From an uncultured Candidatus Saccharibacteria bacterium (lineage in GTDB: Bacteria > Patescibacteriota > Minisyncoccia > Phycocordibacterales > CAIRYW01), in the NCBI GenBank assembly GCA_964487135.1, contig CAZAOU010000002.1:934-64933 (forward strand): a stretch of 64,000 nucleotides of DNA, given 5' to 3'. Positions 39,871 to 49,800 of this stretch are shown in pieces. Position 1 is the first letter of the stretch, and every line of letters begins with the position of its first letter. Both the position numbers and the translations under genes were made by a program. The notes beneath the pieces were generated by a model that saw only the letters and a program-made list of their open reading frames with translations, searched no databases and was not told the DNA's origin.

Positions 39871-41568
39871 CTAGTTAGTATTGACTAACTCCTTTTTATC
39901 TGTTGTTATCCAATTTAACACAGACCCCATAACTCTCATAGCACTGACTTTATATGTTGGTGGTCCCTGCTCTAAAACAACGGCAAAGGTATATTTTGGA
40001 TTTTCGTATGGAAAAAATCCTTCAACCCAAGAATTTACATACTGTTTCCTTGCACCCACTTCTGCGGTTCCAGTTTTTGCAGCGACAGTAAGTCCTGGAA
40101 TGAGTAAAGCTCCGGCGGTTCCGTTAGTGACGGCCAATCTCATACCTTCATGAACAATATTATATTTAGCTTCATCAATTTTTGGTAATTCAGATATTTG
40201 TCCTTGTTCATCTTTTCTTATAACTGGTTCAACGATTTTACCTTTGTTCGCTATTCCTGTCATCGCTCTTGCTATCTGAAGTGGAGTAACCTGAAAACCG
40301 TATTGCCCAATTGAAGTATGATATGTATTTCCCAGAGTCCATTCCTCTCCATTAAAAGTTTCTTTTTTCCATTCTGGTGTTGGAATATTTCCTGAAGGAC
40401 CAGATAACGCCCCCGTAGTAGGAATTCCTAGTTTAAACAGTGTAAAATATTTATCTAATTTTGTAATTCCTAAACCTTTTTGATCTGCATACCCTCCACC
40501 GACTGCATAAAAATAAACATCAGATGACACAGCTAACGCCTCTCTCATATCTGTAAAGCCGTGAACTTTCCAGTCCTTAAAAATACTTTTTTTGGAAGGA
40601 TCGTAAGGATTTGGAATAGATATTGATCCCTTACTTTCTATTTTTTTATTTGGACTTATTATGTTTTCTTCTAATACACCAACTGAAATATATGGCTTTA
40701 CAATAGAGCCCGGGGCATAAAGACCCGATATTGCTCTATCAAGTGAGGGTTTTCTCTTGCTATTAAAATAAAAATTTATAAGAGAACTGTCTTTTCCCTC
40801 TGTTAGGACAGAAGATTTATATTCAGGATAAGAAGAAATTGCTAAAACCTCACCTGTTTTTGCATCCATAATGACACCTGCACCACCCTCAAATCCCGAT
40901 TCATCAACTGCATAAGATAAAAAATGATAAAGTCTTTCCTGTAAAGATGCATCAATAGACAACGAAAGTTTTTCTCCTGAAATTGGTTCTTCAAGAATAC
41001 TTTGAGACTCCACCTCTCCTGTCGCATTTACTTCTGTAAGCTTTACTCCATTAGTTCCTGAGAGAATTTCATCAAAATATTTTTCCAAACCATCCTGACC
41101 GTTTATTTTAGTCTCATAAAAAAATCCTGAAGAATCTTTTCTTGGATATTTCACGAAACCAAGCAAAGTTCCGAAGCCACTTTGTTCAATATATCGGCGC
41201 ACCGGAAAAACAGAATCGGCAGACAATTCATTCCAAGATAAAGGAATATCGTTTCTATCCGTTATTACTCCCCTATGAGCAAATACAATATCTTTTCGAA
41301 GGAGATTATTTTTACTTTTTTCGCTATAAAAATTTGCTTTAACTATTTGTAAATCTACCGCCCTGTAAATAAACATTAAAATAATTATCAAAAACAAAAT
41401 ACCCCCTATTAAAAAGGGTTTGGATCCTATCGGCTTTTCTATTCGACCCTCAAATTGATATTTATCATAAGATGGAATATTTGTGGCATCCAAAAATACT
41501 TCATCTGGATCGATAGATTTAATCTTGTGAGAGCGATTATAAAAAAAGTTTTTTATGAAAAAAAACAT
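39871..41568 (-). CDS. mrdA: Class B PBP2
   Basis: PGSIVK, SSDVYFY, KTGTAE; downstream of mreBC. Confidence 0.88.
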   Translation of the reverse strand: MFFFIKNFFYNRSHKIKSIDPDEVFLDATNIPSYDKYQFEGRIEKPIGSKPFLIGGILFLIIILMFIYRAVDLQIVKANFYSEKSKNNLLRKDIVFAHRGVITDRNDIPLSWNELSADSVFPVRRYIEQSGFGTLLGFVKYPRKDSSGFFYETKINGQDGLEKYFDEILSGTNGVKLTEVNATGEVESQSILEEPISGEKLSLSIDASLQERLYHFLSYAVDESGFEGGAGVIMDAKTGEVLAISSYPEYKSSVLTEGKDSSLINFYFNSKRKPSLDRAISGLYAPGSIVKPYISVGVLEENIISPNKKIESKGSISIPNPYDPSKKSIFKDWKVHGFTDMREALAVSSDVYFYAVGGGYADQKGLGITKLDKYFTLFKLGIPTTGALSGPSGNIPTPEWKKETFNGEEWTLGNTYHTSIGQYGFQVTPLQIARAMTGIANKGKIVEPVIRKDEQGQISELPKIDEAKYNIVHEGMRLAVTNGTAGALLIPGLTVAAKTGTAEVGARKQYVNSWVEGFFPYENPKYTFAVVLEQGPPTYKVSAMRVMGSVLNWITTDKKELVNTN

Positions 41569-41810
41569 TATTCAATTCTAAACGAAGTCTTAACAATATG
41601 CGATACCAAATAGATAACAATGCTCGCAACAATTATATAAAAATACGAAAACAAATCTCCCTTGGAAAAGGCGCTGACCCATAAAGGGGCCCAAATAAAT
41701 ATTTCCAAAAAATCCCAAGTAAAAGCACATCCTATAATTATTATTGGCGCCACATACCACGGACACAAAAATACTGATATCAAAATTGCAATGTTAGCAA
41801 AAATTCTCAT
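41568..41810 (-). CDS. Small membrane protein at the mreD position
   Basis: 80-aa hydrophobic ORF between mreC and PBP2. Confidence 0.55.
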   Translation of the reverse strand: MRIFANIAILISVFLCPWYVAPIIIIGCAFTWDFLEIFIWAPLWVSAFSKGDLFSYFYIIVASIVIYLVSHIVKTSFRIE

Positions 41811-42571
41811 TTTATAATTGAGTGGGAAACGATAACATTCTCAATTTCAAAAGGATTGACCAAAGGCCTTACAATTAATCTTTTTAAAGTATCAGACTCT
41901 TTTTCTATAATCCTTTCAACCTTACCAGCAATACTTTTGTTATCTTGAAAAATTACCCCTTCGCCAACCGATACATTAACAGCAATAGGCACATAACTTT
42001 CATATACACCACCACCAATACCTTTAAGCTCTATAGGCACACGAGAAATTGATAGTCTGGCCTTTGATAATTTATCGTTAGTTGTTAACAATTCCACCTG
42101 AGAAAATTTATCGGAAACTTTTGATATAAAACCAATGGTAGTTGAAGAAAACAAAACATGATCACCGGATAAAACCCCATCAAGTGATCCTTTGTCTATA
42201 AAAAGAATATCGTAGGGTGTGTATCCGGGGTTACCTAAAATATAAGCATTCAAAAAACCTTTAGAATTTTCTGTGTCTGAATTATTTTCTTGGTTAATTA
42301 ACTTATACTCTGACAACATAGTTTGAAGTGATATCACTTCTTGTTTTAGTTTATTATTTTCTTCTTGAAGAAAATGTTTAGTAGTAAAAATATCTAAAAA
42401 TGGCATAGAAAAAAAAGACTGCCGAACAGAAAGTTTTAAAGAATTTATTGGATTATAAATAAAATAAAATATTGCTGATACAAAAATCGCAATGAGTACA
42501 ATAAAACCCGATTTCAAAAAAAATCTATTCTGACTTTCCTTTTTTTTTCTAGCGGACGAAAGGTAAATCAT
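41807..42571 (-). CDS. mreC: Rod shape-determining protein MreC
   Basis: TM, coiled coil LQEENNKLK, IDKGSLDGV; follows mreB. Confidence 0.85.
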   Translation of the reverse strand: MIYLSSARKKKESQNRFFLKSGFIVLIAIFVSAIFYFIYNPINSLKLSVRQSFFSMPFLDIFTTKHFLQEENNKLKQEVISLQTMLSEYKLINQENNSDTENSKGFLNAYILGNPGYTPYDILFIDKGSLDGVLSGDHVLFSSTTIGFISKVSDKFSQVELLTTNDKLSKARLSISRVPIELKGIGGGVYESYVPIAVNVSVGEGVIFQDNKSIAGKVERIIEKESDTLKRLIVRPLVNPFEIENVIVSHSIIK

Positions 42572-43610
42572 CTTCGTTATCTATAAGAGCATCCTTAAAT
42601 TCGTCTAGGCTTGATAAAATTATGCCAGCACCCCTAGCCACCGCGGTAAGAGGTTCATCTGAAATATAAACAGGAATTTTTAAACTCTCCTCTAATAATT
42701 CCTTAAGACCTCTAAGCAAAGCACCTCCACCTATTAAATGTATTCCTTTATACATAATATCGGAAACAACTTCAGGTGGTGTAATTTCTATAACCTCTTT
42801 TATGGACTCTATCAGTGTATCAATCGATAACCCGATTGCCTCTCTTACATCAGAATCTGTAATAACAACTTCTCTTGGTAATCCGGTAACCAAATCTCTA
42901 CCTCGCACAGGCATTTCCAGACTTTCTTGACCTGGAGTTACATTTCCGATGCCAATTTTTATTTCTTCTGCAGTTTTTTCACCAATTAAAATTTTAAATT
43001 CGTTCCTTAAATAAGAAACAATGTCGTTGGATAATCTATCGCCAGCAATTTTAATGTTTCTTGAATGAACAATTCCTCCAAGAGATATGACAGCAACATC
43101 AGTTGTTCCTCCTCCAATATCAACAATCATATTTCCAACCGGATCATGAATAGGCAAACCAATTCCAATTGCTCCAGCCATCGGCTCTTCAACAATAAAG
43201 ACATCGCGCGCTCCAGCATTTTTTGCAGCATCCCTTACCGCCCTTCTTTCAACGTTTGTAATTCCAGACGGTACCCCAACAACAACACGCGGACCAAGCC
43301 ATTTTTTTCTATTTTCTGTTGCCTTCTTTATCAAATAAGAAAGCATTTCTTCACAAACTTCAAAATCAGAAATTACCCCATCAACAATGGGCCTGACCGC
43401 AACAATATGCCCCGGAGTCCTTCCAAGCATATCTTTAGCTGATGCCCCAACAGCAACTACCTGACCAGTCTTTTGATTTACAGCAACAACAGAAGGTTCA
43501 TTTATTACAATACCTTCACCCTTAACCCAGACTAAAGTATTTGCGGTCCCGAGGTCAATACCAACATCTTCAGAAAATAATGAAAAAAATTTTTCTTTAA
43601 GAGTTGACAT
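42549..43610 (-). CDS. mreB: Rod shape-determining protein MreB
   Basis: GIDLGTANT, EPSVVA, DIGGGTTD, GGGALL. Confidence 0.96.
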   Translation of the reverse strand: MSTLKEKFFSLFSEDVGIDLGTANTLVWVKGEGIVINEPSVVAVNQKTGQVVAVGASAKDMLGRTPGHIVAVRPIVDGVISDFEVCEEMLSYLIKKATENRKKWLGPRVVVGVPSGITNVERRAVRDAAKNAGARDVFIVEEPMAGAIGIGLPIHDPVGNMIVDIGGGTTDVAVISLGGIVHSRNIKIAGDRLSNDIVSYLRNEFKILIGEKTAEEIKIGIGNVTPGQESLEMPVRGRDLVTGLPREVVITDSDVREAIGLSIDTLIESIKEVIEITPPEVVSDIMYKGIHLIGGGALLRGLKELLEESLKIPVYISDEPLTAVARGAGIILSSLDEFKDALIDNEDDLPFVR

Positions 43611-44850
43611 GTTTTTTTATAATCTGCTCTAAAGATAACTTTTCTTCTTGTTTAGAAATTCTGTCGCTATACTCAAACACCTCTTCCTCAGCACTTTTTT
43701 TACCTACAACAATTCTTACAGGAATCCCAATTAGATCAGCGTCCGCAAATTTCTCTCCCGCCCTACTTTCCCTATCGTCATAAAGAACATCTGTATATTT
43801 TGATAATTCATTAAAAGCTTTTTCGGCAACACTTTTTGTTTTCTCATCATCTCCAATAGCAATTAAATGTATAGAAAATGGAGAAATCTCATTTGGCCAA
43901 AACATTTCTTTTTCTGTAGCACAAACCTCCACCACTGTTCCCAGAAGTCTTGTTATTCCTATTCCGTAACTTCCCATAATTACAGGATTACTCTGACCCT
44001 TATCATCTTTAAACATCAAACCTAGGGGTTTAGAATAAAAAGTTCCTAATTTATAGATATTACCAACCTCTATGGCCTTTTCTTGAACTAATTCACTTTC
44101 TGATACACCAAGCTCCTTAAGAGTCTCCTCATTTAAAACTTCTTTGTTAATAGCAATATTTTTTTGTTTGTGAATATAAATTGTGTCTTCACCAGAAGAA
44201 GTAATAGTTTGAAACTCGTGAGAATACTTAGTGCCAAAAGTTCCACCACTAGCCAAAGTTAAATAGGTTTTTCCACCAAGACCAACGCGCTCAAATATTT
44301 TATTGTAAGCATCTATTGATTTGTCATAAAAAGAATTTAATTCTTCTTCCGTTTTTGAAAAAGAATATAAATCTTTCATCAAAAATTCTCTTCCTCTAAG
44401 AATTCCACTTTTTGCCCTAAGTTCATTTCTAAATTTAGTTTGAAATTGATAAGGATATACAGGCAAATCTCTGTATGAAGAAATATATTCTTTCATAATT
44501 TCAGCAAGAATCGCCTCATGAGTGTAAGCAAGACCAAGCTCTGTTCCGTTTTTTAGTTTCGTCTTAAACCAATTATCAACAACTTCGTCATCCCATCTGC
44601 CAGTTTTTTCCCAAACAGTTTTTTCTTGAAGTGCTGTAAGTTTTATTTCCTGTCCTTCAATTTTATTCATCTCTTCCCTAACAATATTTTTTATTTTTTC
44701 AACAACTCTTAGTCCAAGTGGTAATAGAGAATAAACTCCCGCAAGATCTTTATGAATAAAACCTCCTCTAATCAAAACAGATGCATTTTTTGCCACTTCA
44801 TCTGAAGGACTTTCAAATCTAGTTTTTGTAAAAAGTTGTGATTGACGCAT
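43597..44850 (-). CDS. proS: Proline--tRNA ligase (short form lacking INS editing domain)
   Basis: MRQSQLF, KFRNELRAKSGILRGREFLMKDLYSF, MGSYGIG. Confidence 0.93.
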   Translation of the reverse strand: MRQSQLFTKTRFESPSDEVAKNASVLIRGGFIHKDLAGVYSLLPLGLRVVEKIKNIVREEMNKIEGQEIKLTALQEKTVWEKTGRWDDEVVDNWFKTKLKNGTELGLAYTHEAILAEIMKEYISSYRDLPVYPYQFQTKFRNELRAKSGILRGREFLMKDLYSFSKTEEELNSFYDKSIDAYNKIFERVGLGGKTYLTLASGGTFGTKYSHEFQTITSSGEDTIYIHKQKNIAINKEVLNEETLKELGVSESELVQEKAIEVGNIYKLGTFYSKPLGLMFKDDKGQSNPVIMGSYGIGITRLLGTVVEVCATEKEMFWPNEISPFSIHLIAIGDDEKTKSVAEKAFNELSKYTDVLYDDRESRAGEKFADADLIGIPVRIVVGKKSAEEEVFEYSDRISKQEEKLSLEQIIKKHVNS

Positions 44851-44893
44851 ATTTAGTCAAGCTATTTTACTATAAAGAAAAAACTATCGTACT

Positions 44894-44922
44894 TTGACAA
44901 TAAACAAAAATTATGATATAAT
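44894..44922 (+). promoter_or_regulatory. Perfect sigma70 consensus promoter with no sense ORF, facing the rseP 3' end
   Basis: TTGACA-N17-TATAAT with extended -10 TG. Confidence 0.65.
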
Positions 44923-44948
44923 GCAACAATCTTAAAGCACCCCCCCTC

Positions 44949-46019
44949 CTACTTATGTAAAAGCTTAGACAAGTCAGAACTTGTAATTGCAATCATAAAA
45001 AAGATTAACAAAATAAAACCAACTGCATTTATAGCTGTAACCACTTTAGAAGATATTGAGCGACGAATTATTGCCTCAATTGCAACAATCAGAAGTCTTC
45101 CCCCATCAAGAGCTGGAAAAGGAATTAAATTTATTACAGCAAGATTAAGTGAAATTAAAGCAGCAAAAGAAAGTAGATATCCTCCCCCAAATTTTGAGGC
45201 ATCTCCAACCAAACCAACAATACCAACAGGCCCTGCAACTTGACTTAGGTCGGCTTTAGCAATGATTGCTCTAGATAAAAACTTAGCAATATCTTTTGTT
45301 GTCTGAATAAACCCGATATATGTTGTTTTTAACCCTTCATAAATTGCTAAGTGAATTGGTAATTTTTTTATTGAAATTAGAGCCATTTGAATTCCAATCA
45401 TGTAATCATTAGACGAAGTTTTTTCTGCAGAAATTATTTTTTCTTCATCAACGCCTTTATGTGAGACAACAACTTTTAGGGGTTTTCCAAAAGATTTAGA
45501 CACAGCACTTCTTACAACATCAGGAGAAATATCGCTATTAACCTGATCAATTTGTTTTATAAAATCTCCAGCAACAATTCCAGCTTTTTCTGCTGGAGAT
45601 CCAGCTGTTACGGCGGTTATGACCAAACTTGCATCTTTTGTAGAAGAAGCATCTGTTGGTGTTCCAAAATACAAAGCAACCGAAAACAACACCCATGCAA
45701 ATAAAATATTAAAAACAATACCTGCAACCAAAACTATTGCTTGAGAAAGTTTAGACCGAGAAGAAAAACTCCTAGAAGAATCCAAACCACCTTCCACCTC
45801 CTCTCCCGGATTTTCACCAAAAATTTTTACATACCCACCAAAAGGTATCAGATTTATTGCGTATATTGTTTCGCCTTTTTTCCAAGAAAAAATTTTAGGC
45901 GGAAAACCTATTGCAAACTCATCCACCCTCATCCCTGTTTTTTTTGCAGCCAAAAAGTGACCTAACTCATGAACAAATACAAGTGCAGTAATTATTACAA
46001 TAAAAATAATGACGGACAT
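44949..46019 (-). CDS. rseP: RIP metalloprotease RseP (M50) with PDZ domain
   Basis: HELGH, GGYVKI, NLIPFPALDGGR. Confidence 0.93.
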   Translation of the reverse strand: MSVIIFIVIITALVFVHELGHFLAAKKTGMRVDEFAIGFPPKIFSWKKGETIYAINLIPFGGYVKIFGENPGEEVEGGLDSSRSFSSRSKLSQAIVLVAGIVFNILFAWVLFSVALYFGTPTDASSTKDASLVITAVTAGSPAEKAGIVAGDFIKQIDQVNSDISPDVVRSAVSKSFGKPLKVVVSHKGVDEEKIISAEKTSSNDYMIGIQMALISIKKLPIHLAIYEGLKTTYIGFIQTTKDIAKFLSRAIIAKADLSQVAGPVGIVGLVGDASKFGGGYLLSFAALISLNLAVINLIPFPALDGGRLLIVAIEAIIRRSISSKVVTAINAVGFILLIFFMIAITSSDLSKLLHK

Positions 46020-46022
46020 AAA

Positions 46023-46574
46023 TTAACCTCCGAGAATTTCGGCCTCTTTCTTTTTGTAATGATTATCAAAAGACTCATTTGCTTCTTTTATTGTTTTTTC
46101 TACTTCGTTTTTTTCGCGCATCATCTGATCTTCACTCATAACACCTTCTTTCTTTTTCTTTTCCAGAACATCAATAATTTTGTTTCTATCTTGTCTTAGA
46201 CGAACTTTTGCCTCCTCAAGTTTTTGTTTGGCAACTTTTACAAATTGAGTTCTACTTTCAGTTGTTAATGGAGGAAAAGAAACCCTAACCCCCTTCTCAT
46301 CAGAAGAAACAGATACTCCAGTGTTGGATATCATTATTGCTTTCTCAATTGCCTTTATATTTGAAGAATCCCAAGGAGCAATTCTCAAAGTTTTAGGATC
46401 TTCTAAAGAAATACTAGCAACCTCATTAATTTTTACTTGGTTACCATACGCTTCAACCCTTATATCATCAAGCATTTGTGGAGTAGCTCGGCCCGTTCTA
46501 ATTGTCCCAAATTCTTTGGAAAGCCATTCGTTTATTTGTTTTACAGATTGTGTAATTTCTTGTGTTGATGCCAT
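46023..46574 (-). CDS. frr: Ribosome recycling factor
   Basis: IRTGRATP, PPLTTESR. Confidence 0.95.
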   Translation of the reverse strand: MASTQEITQSVKQINEWLSKEFGTIRTGRATPQMLDDIRVEAYGNQVKINEVASISLEDPKTLRIAPWDSSNIKAIEKAIMISNTGVSVSSDEKGVRVSFPPLTTESRTQFVKVAKQKLEEAKVRLRQDRNKIIDVLEKKKKEGVMSEDQMMREKNEVEKTIKEANESFDNHYKKKEAEILGG

Positions 46575-46595
46575 ATGCCCCATTATACCAAAGCA

Positions 46596-47270
46596 TTACG
46601 AAAGAGCGACTAATGATAAAAGTTGTTTTACGGAAGCAGAGTGAGAGGGTAAATAATTTAATGCAACCGCAATACTTTCTAAACTTTTTGTATTTTTTGA
46701 AACATCTTTTAATAATTCTTCATGCAAAGCCATTAAAAAATCTTCTACCTCCTCTTTTGAAATTTCTTCATTTTTATATTTATCTGCCATAGATTCAGCG
46801 TAAGAATTTTTCTTTCCAATTGATAATCTTAAAAAAGATTCTGCCTCTTTTTGAAATTTATTTTTTTGGTCTATTTTAATTTCTCGGCTTTCAACCATTC
46901 TAGAAAAAAGAGTAGGAAGTAATATATTTCTTGGGGCTAAAACATAAAAACAAACAGACTCCGATGGTTCTTCAAAAGTTTTTAGAAGAGCATTTTGAGA
47001 TATTGAATCTGCACTCCAAAAAGAAACTAGGATATGTAATTGTGACTCTTTTACTGGAACAGAAAGTGTTCTTTCTTTTATTAATCTGGCATCTTCAATA
47101 AGCAATTTATCGTATTCAAATACTAAAACATCTGGGTTAGCTGAAATTGAAGACGATAGTTTTGTTTCAATAAAATCTTTTAGTTTATCTAAAGATACAT
47201 TTTTTCTTTCAAAAAATAATGCGTGGTGATTTATGGTGGATAGTGGATAGTGAATAGTGGATAGTGACAT
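46596..47270 (-). CDS. DNA polymerase III delta' subunit-like (degenerate HolB)
   Basis: NPDV, QNALLKTFEEP, LLPTLFSR. Confidence 0.75.
   Translation of the reverse strand: MSLSTIHYPLSTINHHALFFERKNVSLDKLKDFIETKLSSSISANPDVLVFEYDKLLIEDARLIKERTLSVPVKESQLHILVSFWSADSISQNALLKTFEEPSESVCFYVLAPRNILLPTLFSRMVESREIKIDQKNKFQKEAESFLRLSIGKKNSYAESMADKYKNEEISKEEVEDFLMALHEELLKDVSKNTKSLESIAVALNYLPSHSASVKQLLSLVALS
47236..47270 (-). repeat. Tandem heptamer array at the holB-like start
   Basis: Minus strand ATGTCAC TATCCAC TATTCAC TATCCAC TATCCAC. Confidence 0.75.
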
Positions 47271-47327
47271 AAAAATTATTTAAGTTCCATATTTTTTTCT
47301 ATACACCATCAACCATTAACTTCTTTA

Positions 47328-48341
47328 CTACCTTTTCGCGATAATAGTCTTCTTGTATGTATCAAGATGCTCAAGAGCAACGCCTGTTCCCAAAACAACA
47401 CAATATAATGGCTTTTCTGCCAAACTCGCCTTAACCCCTGTTCGTCTAAGAACTAACTCTGGAAGATTTCGAAGCTGTGATGAGCCCCCTGTCATAATAA
47501 TCCCCTGATCAATAATGTCAGATGCAAGCTCGGGAGGAGTCTCTTGTAATACATCTTTTATTGCTTGAATCATTTCACGAAGTTCTTTTCCAAGAGCTCT
47601 AACAACCTCATTTGTTTTTATCTCAATAGAACGAGGAAGCCCAGAAATACAATCTCTTCCTTTTACCATCATGGACAATTCCTCTTCAACAGGCACGGCC
47701 GAACCAACAGCTATTTTTATTTCTTCAGCAGTCTTATCGCCAATCAAAAGATTGTGAGCTTTTTTCATATAATCAACAACTGCTGAATCCAACTTATTAC
47801 CCGCGCACTTAACAGAAGTTGATGAAACTATACCTCCCAAAGATATAACTGCCACATCCGTTGTTCCTCCTCCTATATCAACAACCATATGTCCTCTTGG
47901 CTCATATATAGAAATCCCAGCACCAATTGCTGCAAGAATTGGTTCTTTTACAACAAACGCATTTTTAGCTCCGGCCTTTATTGCCGCCTCAATAACAGCC
48001 CTTCTCTCTGTTGAAGTGACTCCTGCCGGCACAGATATCATTACTTCTGGTTTTAAAAGACTCCACTTACCAAGAGCTTTTGTCATGTAGTATCTAAGCA
48101 TTGCCTCAGTTACTCTGTAATCCGCAATCACACCGTCTTTTAGAGGTCTGTAAGCAACAATAGTATCTGGTGTTTTTCCTATCATATCTTTGGCCTCCAA
48201 ACCAACCGCCAATATTTTGTTACCCTCTTTTGAAACCGCAACAACAGATGGTTCGTTTAGGACGATTCCCTTTCCTGGAGCAAAAACAAGCGTATTAGCT
48301 GTGCCTAAATCTATACCTAGTTTATTGCTAAATAACGCCAT
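47328..48341 (-). CDS. mreB: Second MreB/Mbl paralog
   Basis: GIDLGTANT, RPLKDGVIAD, DIGGGTTD, TGGSSQL. Confidence 0.93.
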   Translation of the reverse strand: MALFSNKLGIDLGTANTLVFAPGKGIVLNEPSVVAVSKEGNKILAVGLEAKDMIGKTPDTIVAYRPLKDGVIADYRVTEAMLRYYMTKALGKWSLLKPEVMISVPAGVTSTERRAVIEAAIKAGAKNAFVVKEPILAAIGAGISIYEPRGHMVVDIGGGTTDVAVISLGGIVSSTSVKCAGNKLDSAVVDYMKKAHNLLIGDKTAEEIKIAVGSAVPVEEELSMMVKGRDCISGLPRSIEIKTNEVVRALGKELREMIQAIKDVLQETPPELASDIIDQGIIMTGGSSQLRNLPELVLRRTGVKASLAEKPLYCVVLGTGVALEHLDTYKKTIIAKR

Positions 48342-48444
48342 AAGTAGAAGAAGTATAAAGGCTATTTAAGTTAATGCCAAGGGTTAAAAATGAACAAAAA
48401 ATAAAATAAATTTATAAAAACTTTGTGCTATACTCTCTCCTACA

Positions 48445-49761
48445 ATGTTAAAAACCGAGTCTAAAAGTTTAAATTTTAAAATAGAAGGAGGTAAAAAATT
48501 GAGGGGCTCTATTGAGATAAAAAAGTCCAAAAATGCTGCGGTATCTCTTTTGTGTGCCTCACTTTTAAATCAAGGAAAAACTACTCTAAAAAAAGTTCCT
48601 AAAATTGAAGAGATTTTCCGCATTATAGAAGTGTTTCAGAGTATTGGAATAAATGTTGAGTGGAATAAAGAAGACTTAATAATTTCACCTAAAAAAATAA
48701 ATCTAAAAAAAATTAATACTGAATCGGCCAAAAAAACTAGAACGGTTATTATGATGATTGGTTCTCTGGTTCATCTATTTAAAAAATTTACACTGCCATA
48801 CGCAGGTGGATGTAAATTAGGTAAAAGAACAGTTACCCCACACTTTTATGCTTTAGAAAATTTTGGGGTATCAATTGAAACAAAATCAGACGAATACGAA
48901 ATAAAAGCCAACAGATTAAAACCTGCTGAAGTGGTCTTATACGAAATGGGAGATACTGTGACAGAAAATACTATCCTAGCAGCTTCATCTATATCAGGAA
49001 CCTCTGTAATAAAGTTTGCTTCCTCAAACTACATGGTTCAAGACCTTTGTCATTTTTTAGAAATTTTAGGAGTTAAAATTGAAGGCATAGGAACATCAAC
49101 ACTCATTATTCATGGCAAAAAAAATATAAACACAGATGTAACTTTTGAGATGAGTGAAGATCCTATAGAAGCAATGTTTTTTATAACATCAGCCATAGTA
49201 ACAAAATCATCAATAACAATAAAAAAATGTCCGATTGATTTTTTACTCTTAGAATTATTAAAACTCAAAAAAATGGGTTTTAAATATAAAATTGAAAAAG
49301 AGTATTTAGGAGAAAATGGTTTTATAAAATTAGCGGACATTAAAACATTTCCATCACAACTAAAATCACCTGTAGAAAAAATACATCCCTTAACCTATCC
49401 CGGAATAAATATTGATAATCTTCCGTTTTTTGCAATCATAGCAACCCAAGCCGATGGAGAAACATTAATTCATGACTGGGTTTATGAAAATAGAGCGGTT
49501 TATTACACAGAACTTACAAAATTAGGAGCTGAAATGAATTTGGCAGACCCTCATCGAATTTATATAAAAGGAAAAACAGAGTTAAAACCAGCAGATATAG
49601 CAACGCCGCCGGCCTTAAGGCCGGCGGCCATAATCCTTATCGGAATGCTTGGAGCCAAAGGAACTTCAATCTTGCGAAATGTATATTCAATAAATAGAGG
49701 CTACGAAGACCTATCAGAAAGACTAAAAAAATTAGGGGCCAAAATACAAATTTCTGAATAA
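48445..49761 (+). CDS. murA: UDP-GlcNAc 1-carboxyvinyltransferase
   Basis: SKNAA, GGCKLGKR, YPGINID, YENR, INRGYE. Confidence 0.93.
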   Translation: MLKTESKSLNFKIEGGKKLRGSIEIKKSKNAAVSLLCASLLNQGKTTLKKVPKIEEIFRIIEVFQSIGINVEWNKEDLIISPKKINLKKINTESAKKTRTVIMMIGSLVHLFKKFTLPYAGGCKLGKRTVTPHFYALENFGVSIETKSDEYEIKANRLKPAEVVLYEMGDTVTENTILAASSISGTSVIKFASSNYMVQDLCHFLEILGVKIEGIGTSTLIIHGKKNINTDVTFEMSEDPIEAMFFITSAIVTKSSITIKKCPIDFLLLELLKLKKMGFKYKIEKEYLGENGFIKLADIKTFPSQLKSPVEKIHPLTYPGINIDNLPFFAIIATQADGETLIHDWVYENRAVYYTELTKLGAEMNLADPHRIYIKGKTELKPADIATPPALRPAAIILIGMLGAKGTSILRNVYSINRGYEDLSERLKKLGAKIQISE

Positions 49762-49800
49762 TTTGGCATAATCTGGCTTCGTGAGAAAATTAATATACTC

